Assembly: GCF_009914755.1 (NCBI RefSeq)
Contig: NC_060929.1
Length of the DNA: 64,000 nucleotides
From: the human T2T-CHM13v2.0 reference genome, Homo sapiens
Direction: 5' to 3' (one strand)
A program made the position numbers and the translations under genes. The notes under the pieces are model-generated. The model saw nothing but the letters and a program-made list of their open reading frames with translations, did not search any database and was not told where the DNA came from. This document shows, one piece after another, positions 14,767 through 31,330 of the stretch (positions are counted from its first letter, which is position 1; each line of letters begins with the position of its first letter).

Positions 14767-15073
14767 CACTATGGGTTCAATGCCCCTTCAAAAATTAAGA
14801 GGTAGAACCTTTAAGAGGTGATTAAGTCACAAGGACTTCACTTTCAAAAATGGATTAATGCTGTTCTTTTGGAAATGGGTTCATTTGAGGAGTTTTCTCC
14901 ATTTTCTCCTCTCTCTTGCATGTTCTCTCACCATGTGATACCTTCTGCACGTTTTGATGCAGCAAGAAGACCCTTGCCAGATGAGACCCCTTGAACTTGG
15001 ATTTCCTAGCCGTACCGAGCCAAAAAAAACTCCTATTGCTTATAAATTACCCAGTCTCAAATGAACCAAGATA
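14767..15073 (+). mobile_element. MST/MLT1A-type MaLR solo LTR with deletions, inside L2-like sequence
   Basis: aatggattaatgctgtt...caccatgtgata...gcaagaagacccttgccagatg...tataaattacccagtctc. Confidence 0.7.
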
Positions 15074-17289
15074 CTTACCTAGAAAACTAGCACAAACTAT
15101 CACAAATATACTAATACTTGTCCAGAAAACTAGCTCAAATTATATCACTACTCTGCTCAAAAACATTAAGTGCCTATAACTTGAAGTTCTCAAATGACTT
15201 GATTTAGCATTTATAGTTCTCCATAATCTGGCTCCACTTTGCCATTCCTACCATGTTCCTCTGTTGATCTCCTTAGATACTCCACAAATGAGCAAAACGT
15301 TTTGCTCTCCTGGACCAGACCTAAGGTTTCCACCCTTATGCATTTGGTTTTGTTATCTCCTTTGCCTGGAGTTACTACCGTGTGAGTTGTCCCCTTAGTT
15401 CTTGTAAATTCAAACCACTACATGCGCTTCAGGGGCCAGATCAAATGTTGCCTACTCCACCAAGCTTTACCTGATCTTGCAGCTGGGAATAATTTCTAAA
15501 AATCTTCTGGTCTGTTTCTCTTGGTTCTCCATGTAACACTTTCTACCCTGTAGCATAGTAATCTAAATGCATAGTTCATCTTCCTGATTACACTGGAAGA
15601 ACCATATGGGAGTTTTGTGCATTTTCGTGTCTGATTCATCACCATACTCTGACCACATCTAACCCATAATGGAAACTCAATAGTTTTTAAAGAATTAATC
15701 TTTTATAGAATACTTATTCTGATTTCTCAAAAGTAGAATGTAGAATTTACCAAGCAAATCATTCTTTGCTATACAAATAATCTATCTTTTTGGTTGATGG
15801 TGGTGGCTTGAGTAAAGTTATTAGCAACTAATTTTTATGTTTCTGGTACATACCCAGTTCTGCAAGGAATCTCTCATTCAGCATCTGATATTAAGAATTC
15901 CTTAAACATATTTACAATGAAACTTCACTCTACTCATAGGCCTTTCTCAGAGTCCTGTCGTAGTATTTGAAAACATGCAGCCATAATACAGCACGTGCTA
16001 AGCACTGTACTAAAACCACAAAGTACATTAACCTATGTTCCTTGGGATACTTTTTGATTCTATCCTATTTATGAACCTTTATACTGTTCTGATGTCCAAC
16101 AGAATCAGTACCCAAGAGAAACTGAAAGCATAGAAAGAAAAAGCTGTGGGAACAGTTCTGGAGAAATGTTCCCTTCCGTACTCCTGCAAAAGCCAACAGC
16201 TGACTCCTTAGAAGAACCACAGATGCCAAGGGGATCACAACTTGCATAGTTCCAAATGTTTTTTAAGCAGCTAATTCTTGAGCCATTGGCATGACACAAA
16301 AAACAAAACACTTTTGTGGTATTCTAGAAAATCTGGTGGCAAGACTAGAAAAGCTAGTGGGAACAGCTTTGCTGCAATTGACGTTGACCAAAGCAATAAA
16401 TTGGGAAGAGCCAAAATGGAGACTTCCTGGCTGACAGAAAGATATTTGTTGCATACCCAGGATGAAATAAGATCTTTTAATAATGCGGAAATGCTACTGC
16501 TTTCTAGCACAACTTGCCAATTTCCCCAACCAGTATTTTTTCTTTTTTATCAGAAACTTTAACGTACCAATCCTGTGACAAAACTGATAAAGATGCAAGA
16601 GGTTCTAGATTAAGACAAACTCACGGAAAAAGTTAAAAACCATCTAATGTCTCATCCTATATAGCATAAAGTATAATTAGAGTCACATACTATAAGCCTT
16701 GATGTTCAAAAGTGGAATAGTAAATTTGTCCCTCACTTTGAGTGTTTTTTCGTCTGTGACTAATCAGACCTCAAAACAAGTTATTACCATATTTACTCAC
16801 ATAACAAAATTGTAAGAGAATTATGCTTGCTCTGCAACATATGACTGCACTCACATTTGCTCTTTCATCTTTTAACTGTCTCTATGACATTCTTTTTGGA
16901 AATGCTTATCAGAGCTCTTAAAATGAGAGTTCCATTTCTCCACCTGGCCCATTCCCTTTGATCTAGTTGTTGTCCCCCTATTGATGACAGAAGGCCACCC
17001 AGCATCATGTTCAGGCTCAAGCATAAAATAGTGAATGGCAAAGAAAAAGTCTAGATTTCAGGGAGGTGACATCAATGTTTAATTTTATAATGTGCATATC
17101 GAATTATGTAATTAGATAAGTCAATGCACTTTATAACTCATAAATAAATTTGGGCAGCTCTAAGTTTAGGGATCAAGTATGTTCTAAAACTTTCCAAAGC
17201 TTCTAATTTTTTTGAGAATTCAGTACACAATTTTCCTTGAAAACAAAGCAGTGAATCTCAGGAGTGAGATTCAGCCCTGAAGGACAGAA

Positions 17290-17530
17290 TGATGGTAGAG
17301 TGATGAACAGCATGGACTCTTACTGAGTTCAAAGCCTGGCTCTGCCACATATCATCTAAGTAACATGAAAACTCCGCTTAATTGTTCCAAGCCTCAGTTT
17401 CCCTCTCAATAAAAGAGAGGAAAATAATAATACTTAATTACCTCATAGGATTGTGAGGATTAAATAACTTTTTTCACACAGTACGTAGAATATGCTAACT
17501 GTTCACAAGTGTTAACTGTCATTTTGTTGT
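17290..17530 (+). mobile_element. MIR
   Basis: gagttcaaagcctggctctgccac...gcctcagtttccct...cctcataggattgtgaggattaaat. Confidence 0.75.
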
Positions 17531-18622
17531 GGATGTTACTATTATCATTTGTCCACCATTTAAGCCTATAACTCACAGAACTACTGAACGAAGAACTAAC
17601 TCAAGTTAGCTCAGTACCTGGAAGTAAAAGGCTACCAGATGCTGAACAAAAGAGGCAAAGAATAGATTTTCTGTAATTCCTGAGAAAACCAATGTTATAA
17701 AAAAATAAACCAAAGTTTTTACTTGGGACAGACCCTTTCTTTTTCTGTTCAACTAACTTTCTCCTATGTCCTGTATCACCTTCAGACTCAGTATTTTATA
17801 ATCTCCAGTTTCTTCCTCCCTCATTGCTGTCTAGATTTCTTCCCTTGACTAACACCAAATAAGAAATTTCTCCCCTTCAGACAAAAACGCATGTTCTTTC
17901 AGTACAGGTGTCTTCAACTAGACATGAACACAAACAGCATGATTAGTCATGTTAACATTCAGGTGACACCCTTATGAAAACCAAAACTGATCACTAATAC
18001 AAACTGGTTTTGTCCACATGTGCACGTGCATGCGTGCGCAATGTGTGTGTATACGCATACCTTTGAGAGATGATGTTACCTACAAGGCGGACATACAGTA
18101 TACATACACATACATATAAAGCTATTATTACACTTTATGACATTTCTCTTTCTTTTGTTATAAAGCATAGATAACCAAAAATTGGTACCATTTTTTTCAG
18201 CGGCTTGCATGGTTGCACAAATAAGAGCTCAGGCAGCATGGGTTAAGGCAGGGGGTGCCATTTGTAGGCAAGTACTCTTCTTTTTTTCTGTCAAGTAGAT
18301 TTTTAAATAAAATATAATTGAATTGTGAATACAAGAAAAGCAAACACAAATCTAAGCACAAAATGGGCTTTTTCTTAATAATTCTTGTAACTGTTTATAA
18401 CCCACTTTTTCAGCCTTTTCACAGCTTTTGCTTAAGCATTCTAATTTCACTGGTTACCTGTCTCCATAGCTCTACTAAATAATTTTTATAAAATACCCCA
18501 AGATTCTCATTTGTGCTGTTCATCACTGTGTCTCCAGTATCTATACAGAATCTGGCACAGAGCAGGCCATTGATATTTATTGATTAAGTTAATTAATGAG
18601 TGAATGGGGAGTGATTATGTAA

Positions 18623-19009
<387 letters not shown>

Positions 19010-20669
19010 CCTTTTATATTTCTTATCTGAAATACTGTTTCTTCTCTCTGAGCTTCTTTCTAAAGCGGTACAGTCCCTTTTTTTCTATTCTCAGAAGCAA
19101 GCTTCCCCTTTGTGTTTTGAAATTGCCATTTTTAAAGAGGATGCTAGTAACATGATCATCCTATTTCAGACAATTCGAAATGAATAGTTTCTATGAGTGA
19201 AGGTGGATGAATGAACCATTAAAATCATGTCTTAAAGTGATCAGACTTCCCTCTTTACACAATTACTATATATTAAAACAAGACTAGCCCACTCCATCAC
19301 ATATACCATCAAGCAGGTTTCTTCATACTTAATCATATCACTAAATCAGTCATTGCCAACCTTCTATCTTATGCTCTGGAATGCATCTTACTGTCTCAAG
19401 AGGCAAGTGGAACTCTCAAAATGAAATTAATTTTAATTAACTTTAAAATATAAGTGTTAATGTGTCATACAGCACTTGGAAAGAGAAGGTTATACAAAAG
19501 AGAGTGACACAGCATTAAAGGAGTAGGGATCAATGCACTAGCCAAAAAGAAGACAAATGACTTTGAAACATTGCCTGAGGTTAAGCACTTCACTTCCAAA
19601 TACAGTTTCCCACGAAGAACACACTCAGGAGAAAAGGGAGAGAGACAGTGTAATTTGAATGATGTTACACCTACTGTCTAAATTTTATTTAGATTAGGAT
19701 AGTTAAAGACTATATTTGCCTGAGGACAGAGAATAGGCTACATGAGAAGAGACATTTATTGGGTATCCAGTAAGGTTCCACAGTGCTGAATTTTCTTACA
19801 ATTCTGATATTAGATTAGGACTTATTTTCATAGTTGACTGATAAGAAGATATCACTCCTTTCATGCTCTTCTTATTCTAGACAGGTCGAAACAGTTATAG
19901 GGCAGCACATATAAAAGTATGTTAATCTGCTTAAGCTTGTAATTCTGACATAGGATCAACGTCCATTTTTTAAAAATTTGTTTTAAACACATTTATCATA
20001 GGCTTGCTGCTGTTCTGAATATTTTTTCTTATATACAAATGACTGACCACAGAAAAAAATAGCAAAGAAAAAAACACATTATCTACCACACCTCCACTCT
20101 TTGGTTTGTATTCTTCAAGATTTTGTCTCTTTCTTAATTAGAAAAATGAGGATTTTACTACAAACCTCAAAAATCAGATCATTCTATTCAACAAATACAC
20201 AAACACAGTCTTAGCAAAAATCAATCTAAGGTCATGCACCATTGTTAATAATAGATATATAAAAAACTTTAGAATGACCCATATTTTGTATTTTCATAAA
20301 GCCAGAAACCACATATTTTCTTTCTTTATACTTGCCATAATGGCATCATAGGTGCTCAATGATTTTGGATTTAAAGAAGGTTAGGAAGAGCATAGTCATT
20401 CCAAGCTAATTACTAAAACCCCACAGAAATGTTACATGGTGAAGGCTACCCCTTCATGTTTGTGGTAGGTAGACTCTAAGATGACCTCCAATGATCCCCA
20501 CTTCTTGATATTGACCCCTGGTGTAATCTCCCCTTGAGTGTGAGCTGGCCTAGTGCCTTGCTTCTAGCCAAGAGAATGTGGCAAGGTGATGGGATGTCAC
20601 TTCCTTGAATAGGTATCTTCTGTCTTGCTATCAGATTCTCTCTATTGCCTTTCTGGTAAGCAAGTTTTT

Positions 20670-20934
20670 TGTTTTGTTTTTTTTTTTTTTTTTTTTTTTT
20701 GAGACACAGTCTCACTCTGTTGCCAAGGCCGGAGTGCAATTCTCCTGCCTCAGCCTCCTGAGTAGCTGGGATTACAGGTGTGCACCACCACACCCAGCTA
20801 ATTTTTGTATTTTTAGTAGAGACGGGGTTTCGCCATGTTGGTCAGGCTGGTCTCGAACTCCTGACCTCAGGTGATCTGCCTGCCTTGGCCTCCCAAAGTG
20901 TTGGGATTACAGGCGTGAGCCACCGCGCCCAGCC
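20670..20934 (-). mobile_element. AluS with ~48-bp internal deletion
   Basis: TSD ctggtaagcaagttttt (20653-20669) / ccagtacgcaagttttt (20935-20951); deletion junction ggagtgcaat|tctcctgcc. Confidence 0.92.
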
Positions 20935-21111
20935 CCAGTACGCAAGTTTTTATGAAGCAAACTGCCACACTAGAGAGTCACACATGGCAAGGAATTGAGT
21001 GTATTCTCTCACCTAGGAATGGAGGCTGCTAGGAACCGAGACCCTCAGTCTAACGCTGCCCCCACAAGGAAATGAAATCTGCCAACAAAAACAGGAATTA
21101 GAAAGAGATCC

Positions 21112-21340
21112 TTTTATGGATGAATAATATTCCATTGCATGGATATACCACACTGTTTATCTGTTCACCTGCTGATCAGCATGTGCGTTGCTTCCATCTT
21201 TTGGTTATTGCGAATAGAGTGGCCATGAATATTGGTGCACAAGTTTTTGTTTGAACATCTGTTTTCAATTATTTTGTATGTATTATCTACAAGTGGAACT
21301 GCTGGGTCAAATGTTAATTCTATGTTTAACTTACTGATAA
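21112..21340 (-). mobile_element. L1M (L1MB-like) ORF2 3' internal fragment
   Basis: ttttatggatgaataatattccattgcatggatataccaca...ggaactgctgggtcaaatg is antisense L1 ORF2 end. Confidence 0.8.
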
Positions 21341-22132
21341 AACGTGTGCTGTTTAAGTCCCCAAATTTGTAGTGAATTGTTACACAGCAATAGATAATTA
21401 ATGCAAAGTTTAAAATAAATTTGCAGCTAGGTAGAAATTCCCAAATGTGGATTAATGAACTACAGGGAGAAAAAAATAATAATTTACCATTGGTCTGACT
21501 GGCGACTCATGATTCCCCCAGTCAATAGTATTTACTGCATTCTCAAAATACTTCTTAAAAAGCAACATTAAAAAAATTGCTATGAGGGTTTGCCGGGTGC
21601 CATGTGTTGCGCTGTGCTGTACTGCAGAGATTTTTTTTAAAAAAGAAAAAGGCACAGTTTCCACCCTCAGAGTGCACAGATCTCCAATTAAGAATTACCT
21701 CTGCTGATATTCTCCAAAATTCTGTTCATCAGCTTATTTCTTCTCTTGTTGTACATCCTCTTTGGGAAAGTCTTTACTCACGTTGTTTCATCTACCTCTA
21801 ATATCATGAAAACACTCAGTTCAAATGCTCTCATCTAATTTTCTCCTGAGCACCAATACTCTTACTTCTTCTATCATATGTTCCCTTCTAGATGTTCCCC
21901 AGGAATTTTAAACTCAATTTGTCCCCAAATAAACTAATTCTTGCTATGCACTCTTTTCCAGCCCAACCTCTTGAATTCCCTGTCAGACTTAGCAGCCAAG
22001 ATTGAAACTATGAATCTTAAGTCATTCTTTACCCCTTATCCTTTATTCCTAATTCTCAATCAACTGCCCAACTTACCTCTCCTCTATAACCCAGTGTAAT
22101 TGCCAAGCTCTTTGAAACTTTTAAAACTTCTC

Positions 22133-23703
<1,571 letters not shown>

Positions 23704-24309
23704 TTCCTCTGGCTGTTTTTCCTCTGCTACACTTATGGCTTACCTAGAAAATTCTTATGCAGATTTCAAGCCTGAACCCAAACATTATGACCTTGTGAAG
23801 CCTTCCTTAATTTTATTTTTTATAAGACTACTTTCTCTATCCATTGTGATCCTGCAGCAAACTGATTATCTCTTCAATTTCAAAAGCTAGACACACAACA
23901 AAGCATCAGTTTTTACATGCCTAGTTCTTTATGACTGTTGTGGGCTGACAGATTTCTGCACTTATGTTCTGAGACCAATTTTTCTGGATATTTTAGGTAG
24001 CTAATATAGGAATCAACATATAATCTTCACTCAATTCATGTGTGCTGAATTTAAAATAGCCATCTGATTTATATTATGATTCACTTAATCAACTAACAAG
24101 TATGTATTGAGTAGCTTCTATGTATCAGACGTAACACTAGGCATAAGGAATATGGTGGCAAACCAAATAGACATGACCCCTGCCTGACTCATGAGCTCAC
24201 AGTCTCACAGGTCACTGAGTTGATAATACATTTATGACACTATGTCATTTAGGCTTCAACCTATCTCTGAGCAACACAAGTATTTCCTATATTTATTATT
24301 TTGATTCTT

Positions 24310-24604
<295 letters not shown>

Positions 24605-25550
24605 TTACTATTTTGATTCTTAAATAAAAACTGGAAAATTAAATTTCTTTTCAGTGAGTTATAAGTAAATTTTATTACCATCATTAGCACTGCATTAAAA
24701 ACAACAAAAAAACCAATCCCTTCCTGATACCTTTCAACATATATGACTGTTTGTATACTATCTAAATCGAAACATCTAATATCTAAATCTGAACATTGAT
24801 AGGATGCCTCAACTATCCAGAAGACAGCTAAAAATTAAGAACCATGGGACAGCCAACAGAAATGTCTCCAAATTAATAACCTAAAGCTCCCATGCTTAAC
24901 ATTCTAAAAAGTCCCTCAGGTCCACACAGAAACCTGGCATAGAAAAAAAAGTGATCACAATTTCTTGGCTCCCTATTCAGAGCATATTAGAAGTAGTAAA
25001 TCATTATGTGGGTGATGGAAGAGAGAGAGAATCTGCCAGAAACAGGCACAGAGACAGTAGCAAGAAGAGATAGCTACAACAGAGACTAAATCAAGAAATT
25101 AAAAAATTAAACGAGAAGAGATAATAACTATGAAAGAAAATAAGGCACAGAACAGAAATTAAAAGCGTAGCAGTTCAGATTTAATGTAGCATGCAATAGC
25201 CACCCACTTTCCCAATAGTACTGTAGGGTTTCTGATGTCCATCAAATAAATGATGAATTATATTCCTGGCATTTTCATTTATTATCATTTGAACATATAA
25301 ATGTAACAAGGAAAGTCTGATGAACGCCATTACCAACAATCCTGTCTAATCCAGCCTCACCTCACTTCCTCCTTTCTATTATTTTAAAGCAAACCGTTAA
25401 TATTACATACTTTCATCTGTAAATATTTTGGTATATATCTAAAAGATGAGAATTCTTTTTAAAACATAGCCAAAGTACCATCAATATATGTAAAAGAAAT
25501 TAAAATCAATTGTAAAGTTTATAGCCCATTTTCAGCATTAAAATGTCTTA

Positions 25551-25859
<309 letters not shown>

Positions 25860-27376
25860 TTAAAAATATTAAATCAAAATATATTTTTATATTCTTAATT
25901 TTATTGGTTAACTGTCAAGAGAGATTTAAAAAAAGTGTTCTGGGAAGCACTCTCTTTCCTAATGCAACACCCAGTGACGATGTGGCATCATTAAATTATG
26001 ATATTTTGCTATTGAAACTTAATTCTTTAATCAAGGAAAATCCTTTTACAGAAAATCATTAATTTTGTTTAGTCTACAATAGCTCTTTCAGATTTAAAAG
26101 TTAACAATGTAATTTATTATTATTTGAGGGCCACAGACTAATTCCCTGAAAGTGTTATCAGAAATGATATATTATTAACTTATTAGGAGATCATAGGCTA
26201 TCGTGAGAAAACTTCATGTCAAAATTAGTTGTATTAGTACTGAGATGTAATTATTCTTCAAAAGTATCATAAAATCAAAAACAAGTAGGGAAAAACAAAT
26301 ACAATGATACATACCTGGGAAATATAGAATTGATTTTTGGTAGCCAAAACTTAGGTAGAAAATTAAAGAACCAGGGACACAGGTACATAATCATCTCTTC
26401 TTTCAATTAAAAGCCATGGTTTGAAGGAAACTTAAATGAATGGCACTCTAGGTAGTTGATTTGGAAACTAGGAACCTATTTGGCACATCTAAGGAAGGAT
26501 GCGTATGTATGTGTGGAGGGGAGAAAATGGGCAGAACACAAAACAGCTTTAAATTGAATTTGAGAGAAATGTCTAGATGAAATCTGAAACTACAAATCTT
26601 ATCTTCTTCCTAACTTAGATGTGCCTTGGAAGGATTACAGAAGTGCTGAGATCCCTGTAGCCCTTGGGGTGTCCAGTGGGACCTGGGGCATGCTCTCCCC
26701 ATCTCTTGTCATCACCTCTAGCAGTAAGCAGTTTCTGTTTATCCTAATATACCATTAAAATATTATCATTTTCAATGTTTGATAATGTGAAAAACCTTGC
26801 AAAGCATTAGTCCAAAGAGCTTATTAGCCTGTCATTCAAGGCTCTTGATGATTTGACCCAAATGACCTTTCTAACCTTGAATCTTTTCACACCATTTATG
26901 AAACGTTTACACTGGTCAAAATGAACTGCTCGTGTTTTCCCCTTACACCCTTCATGCTTCTCAACTGCTGTTGCCTCTGGTTTGAATTTCTCCTCCTCCT
27001 GGGGATCTACTTTTTCCCTATCTTTATATTTTCAAGTATAATCGATTCCTAAGCCTGCATTAAATGCCATCTGTACCACAAAACCCTTCCTTTTACTGTA
27101 TTTGTATATAATCTTTTTTCCCCCACTAAGGAGCCAGAGTAGTCAGTTATCTACAGTTTTTAATGTCATGCGTAACTTTCTATTTTGTACCATTGTTACT
27201 TATGTAAAATGTTTTTAGTTTACCAACTAGAGTCAAAGTTCTTTGATTGCTTAATTCAAGTAAATTTACTCCAGCACTTTCTGAGAAACTTTTATGTGCC
27301 AAGTACTATACTAGGTGCAGAGGATACCACATTAGTGTGGCTACACTATCACCAGAATTACTGAGTATTGTTTTTA

Positions 27377-27520
<144 letters not shown>

Positions 27521-28171
27521 CTAGCCAATATGATAAGGCAGAAATTAGTAAGAGGTACTGCAACTGGCAGGGGGAAAAAGTATGATTATTTATAGATACA
27601 AACCCAAAATAATTAATGAGAAAACTTAGAACTAATAATAACATGGTTCCATAAGGTGATAAGAAACAAAATTTAAATGTTTTCAAATACTTTGATAATA
27701 CATTAAAAAACATTTAAAAATCCAGCAATTTTAACAAATATTTTAATATGCCAATATGTACATGGAAAAATATCCCAATATGTATATGGATGAACACACA
27801 AACACATACGCATGCAGGCACAGAAACAAAATATGTCTTATACTACCATATAGTATAAGAAATATTTTAATTCTCTCCAAATTTAATGAATATGTTTATT
27901 AAATATATTTATGCATTTAATATAATAAACATTTTAATCTTTCCAAATTTACTATTGAGTTTAAGACACTACCAGTCAAAATCTCAAGGAAATCTTTAAC
28001 CCAAAATTTCACCTGGAAATCATTAACCCAAAATCTTTCATGCAAAATTTCACTAAAAACAGTCATATTTTTAAGAGCAAAATAATCAATAGACACAAAT
28101 TACAAAGGAGATACAAACATAAAGAATTTTAATTTGTTATTTAAAAAATATAAACTAAAATTATATGGTAC

Positions 28172-28507
28172 TTTTTTTTCTTAAGTGAAAGTAAGTTTAT
28201 TAAGAAAGTAGAGGGATAAAAGAATGGCTACTCCATAGATAGGGGCTGCTGGTTGCCATTTTTATGGTTATTTCTTAATGATATGCTAAACAAGGGGTGG
28301 ATTATTCATGCCTCCCCTTTTTAGACCATATAGGGTAACTTCCTGATGTTGCCATGGCATTTGTAAACTGTCATGGTGCTGGTGGGAGTGTAGCAGTGAG
28401 AACGACCAGAGGTCACTCTCATTGCCATCTTTGTTTTGCTGGGTTTTAGCCGGCTTCTTTACTGCAACCTGTTTTATTACCAAGGTCTTTATGACCTGTA
28501 TCTTGTG
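28172..28507 (-). mobile_element. MER41A LTR fragment (U3-R only) with short A tail
   Basis: Reverse strand CACAAGATACAGGTCATAAAGACC...GGGGAGGCATGAATAATCCACCCC...AATAAACTTACTTTCACTT followed by AAGAAAAAAAA; it lacks the TTCCGGGAA block of MER41B. Confidence 0.88.
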
Positions 28508-29689
28508 GTATGGTACCATTTTTCACTTATCCAACTGCCTAAAAAAATCTAAACGATAATCTGCAACAATATGAAAGATCCAATAACAAAGACAATAGAA
28601 TGTATTTCTAATAGGAATGTAAATCTATGTAAATTTTCTAATAAGCGGTTTTGTATTATGTATCAAGAGCCTTACGATGTTTTAATCCTGAATTTTCTGT
28701 TTTTAATATCTAATCTAAGGAAATATTTAGAAACTCAATTCAAACATAAACTTTTAAAAGAAAATCAGATAAATACTAAGTGCCAGATCTATACCAAATT
28801 ACACAGGACAACACAGGCATATAGAAGATCTGGGAAGTGCCTACCAAGGACATAGATACTGAAGGTTAAATTATTTTATCATTAATCATCAGAAATTGTC
28901 TAAACCATATTAAAGAGTCGAAGTTCCACACAAGTCGGATTCAGTTAGGAATACTGACAGAGGTACTGATAAAAATGAGTTGATAAGGAGGAGGGTAGAT
29001 CAGCAATCAAACCCCGAGGAGAGAGAAAGTGGCAAGTGCTGGCAGTACCCCACACAAGTATTATCCATGGCCAAATACGTGATTTGTCCAGTCTTGGTAG
29101 CAGGCATATCGCTATTAACAGACACACTATCAGAGCCAGATGCCATTAGACATGTGGCCGCTATAAGGTCCTCAGTTCTGACAAATGTATACCTGATTCA
29201 GCTGACAGTTTCATAGCAAAGAAGGATAAGAAAACAATGACAAATCTAAGTCTCCAAACTTAATTGTGACCATCAAAGAAGAAATGGTTACTATGTTATT
29301 CTAGAGACTACACTACCAAAAATGATCATTTACCCTAGACTGTAGAAAGGATTTCAACCTAACAATTGGAAGAAGATGAGAAGGCGGAGACCATGAATGG
29401 TCATCCAAAACAGGAAGACAGTTAAAGGAGGATAAAGCTATCAGAAAGGGAAAGATTAGAGGCTAAAATGAAGTTATACTCGCAAAAATGTTAAGATCAG
29501 ATAAGAAAAAAAACTAGAGAGGGCATAAAAAGAGTAACTTTGAAAACAGTTAAAAGGAAAGTAAATTTGCAGATAGGAGAGAGTATATCAAACTTCTTTA
29601 AGTTAACTCAAGTCTCCAGATCCAGACAGATTACATACAAGATAGCAGAAAAACTCAGATGTAACTGCAAAACTGCTCTGAGCAATGTT

Positions 29690-31330
<1,641 letters not shown>

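Larger units (their letters stand above)
20461..21405 (+). mobile_element. MLT1E/F MaLR LTR interrupted by an Alu (20670-20934) and an L1 fragment (~21112-21340)
   Basis: Starts tgtggtaggtagactctaagatgacc and ends ttgttacacagcaatagataattaatgca. Confidence 0.8.

Noticed and set aside
18014-18060. Alternating purine-pyrimidine tract with tgcacgtgca palindrome (Z-DNA or E-box)
   Set aside because: Explained as a decayed CA/TG microsatellite; no further support.
28290-28340. Interferon-inducible STAT1/GAS enhancer as described for MER41B
   Set aside because: The TTCCGGGAA-containing block is absent here (GGGGAGG|CATGAATAATCC), as in MER41A.
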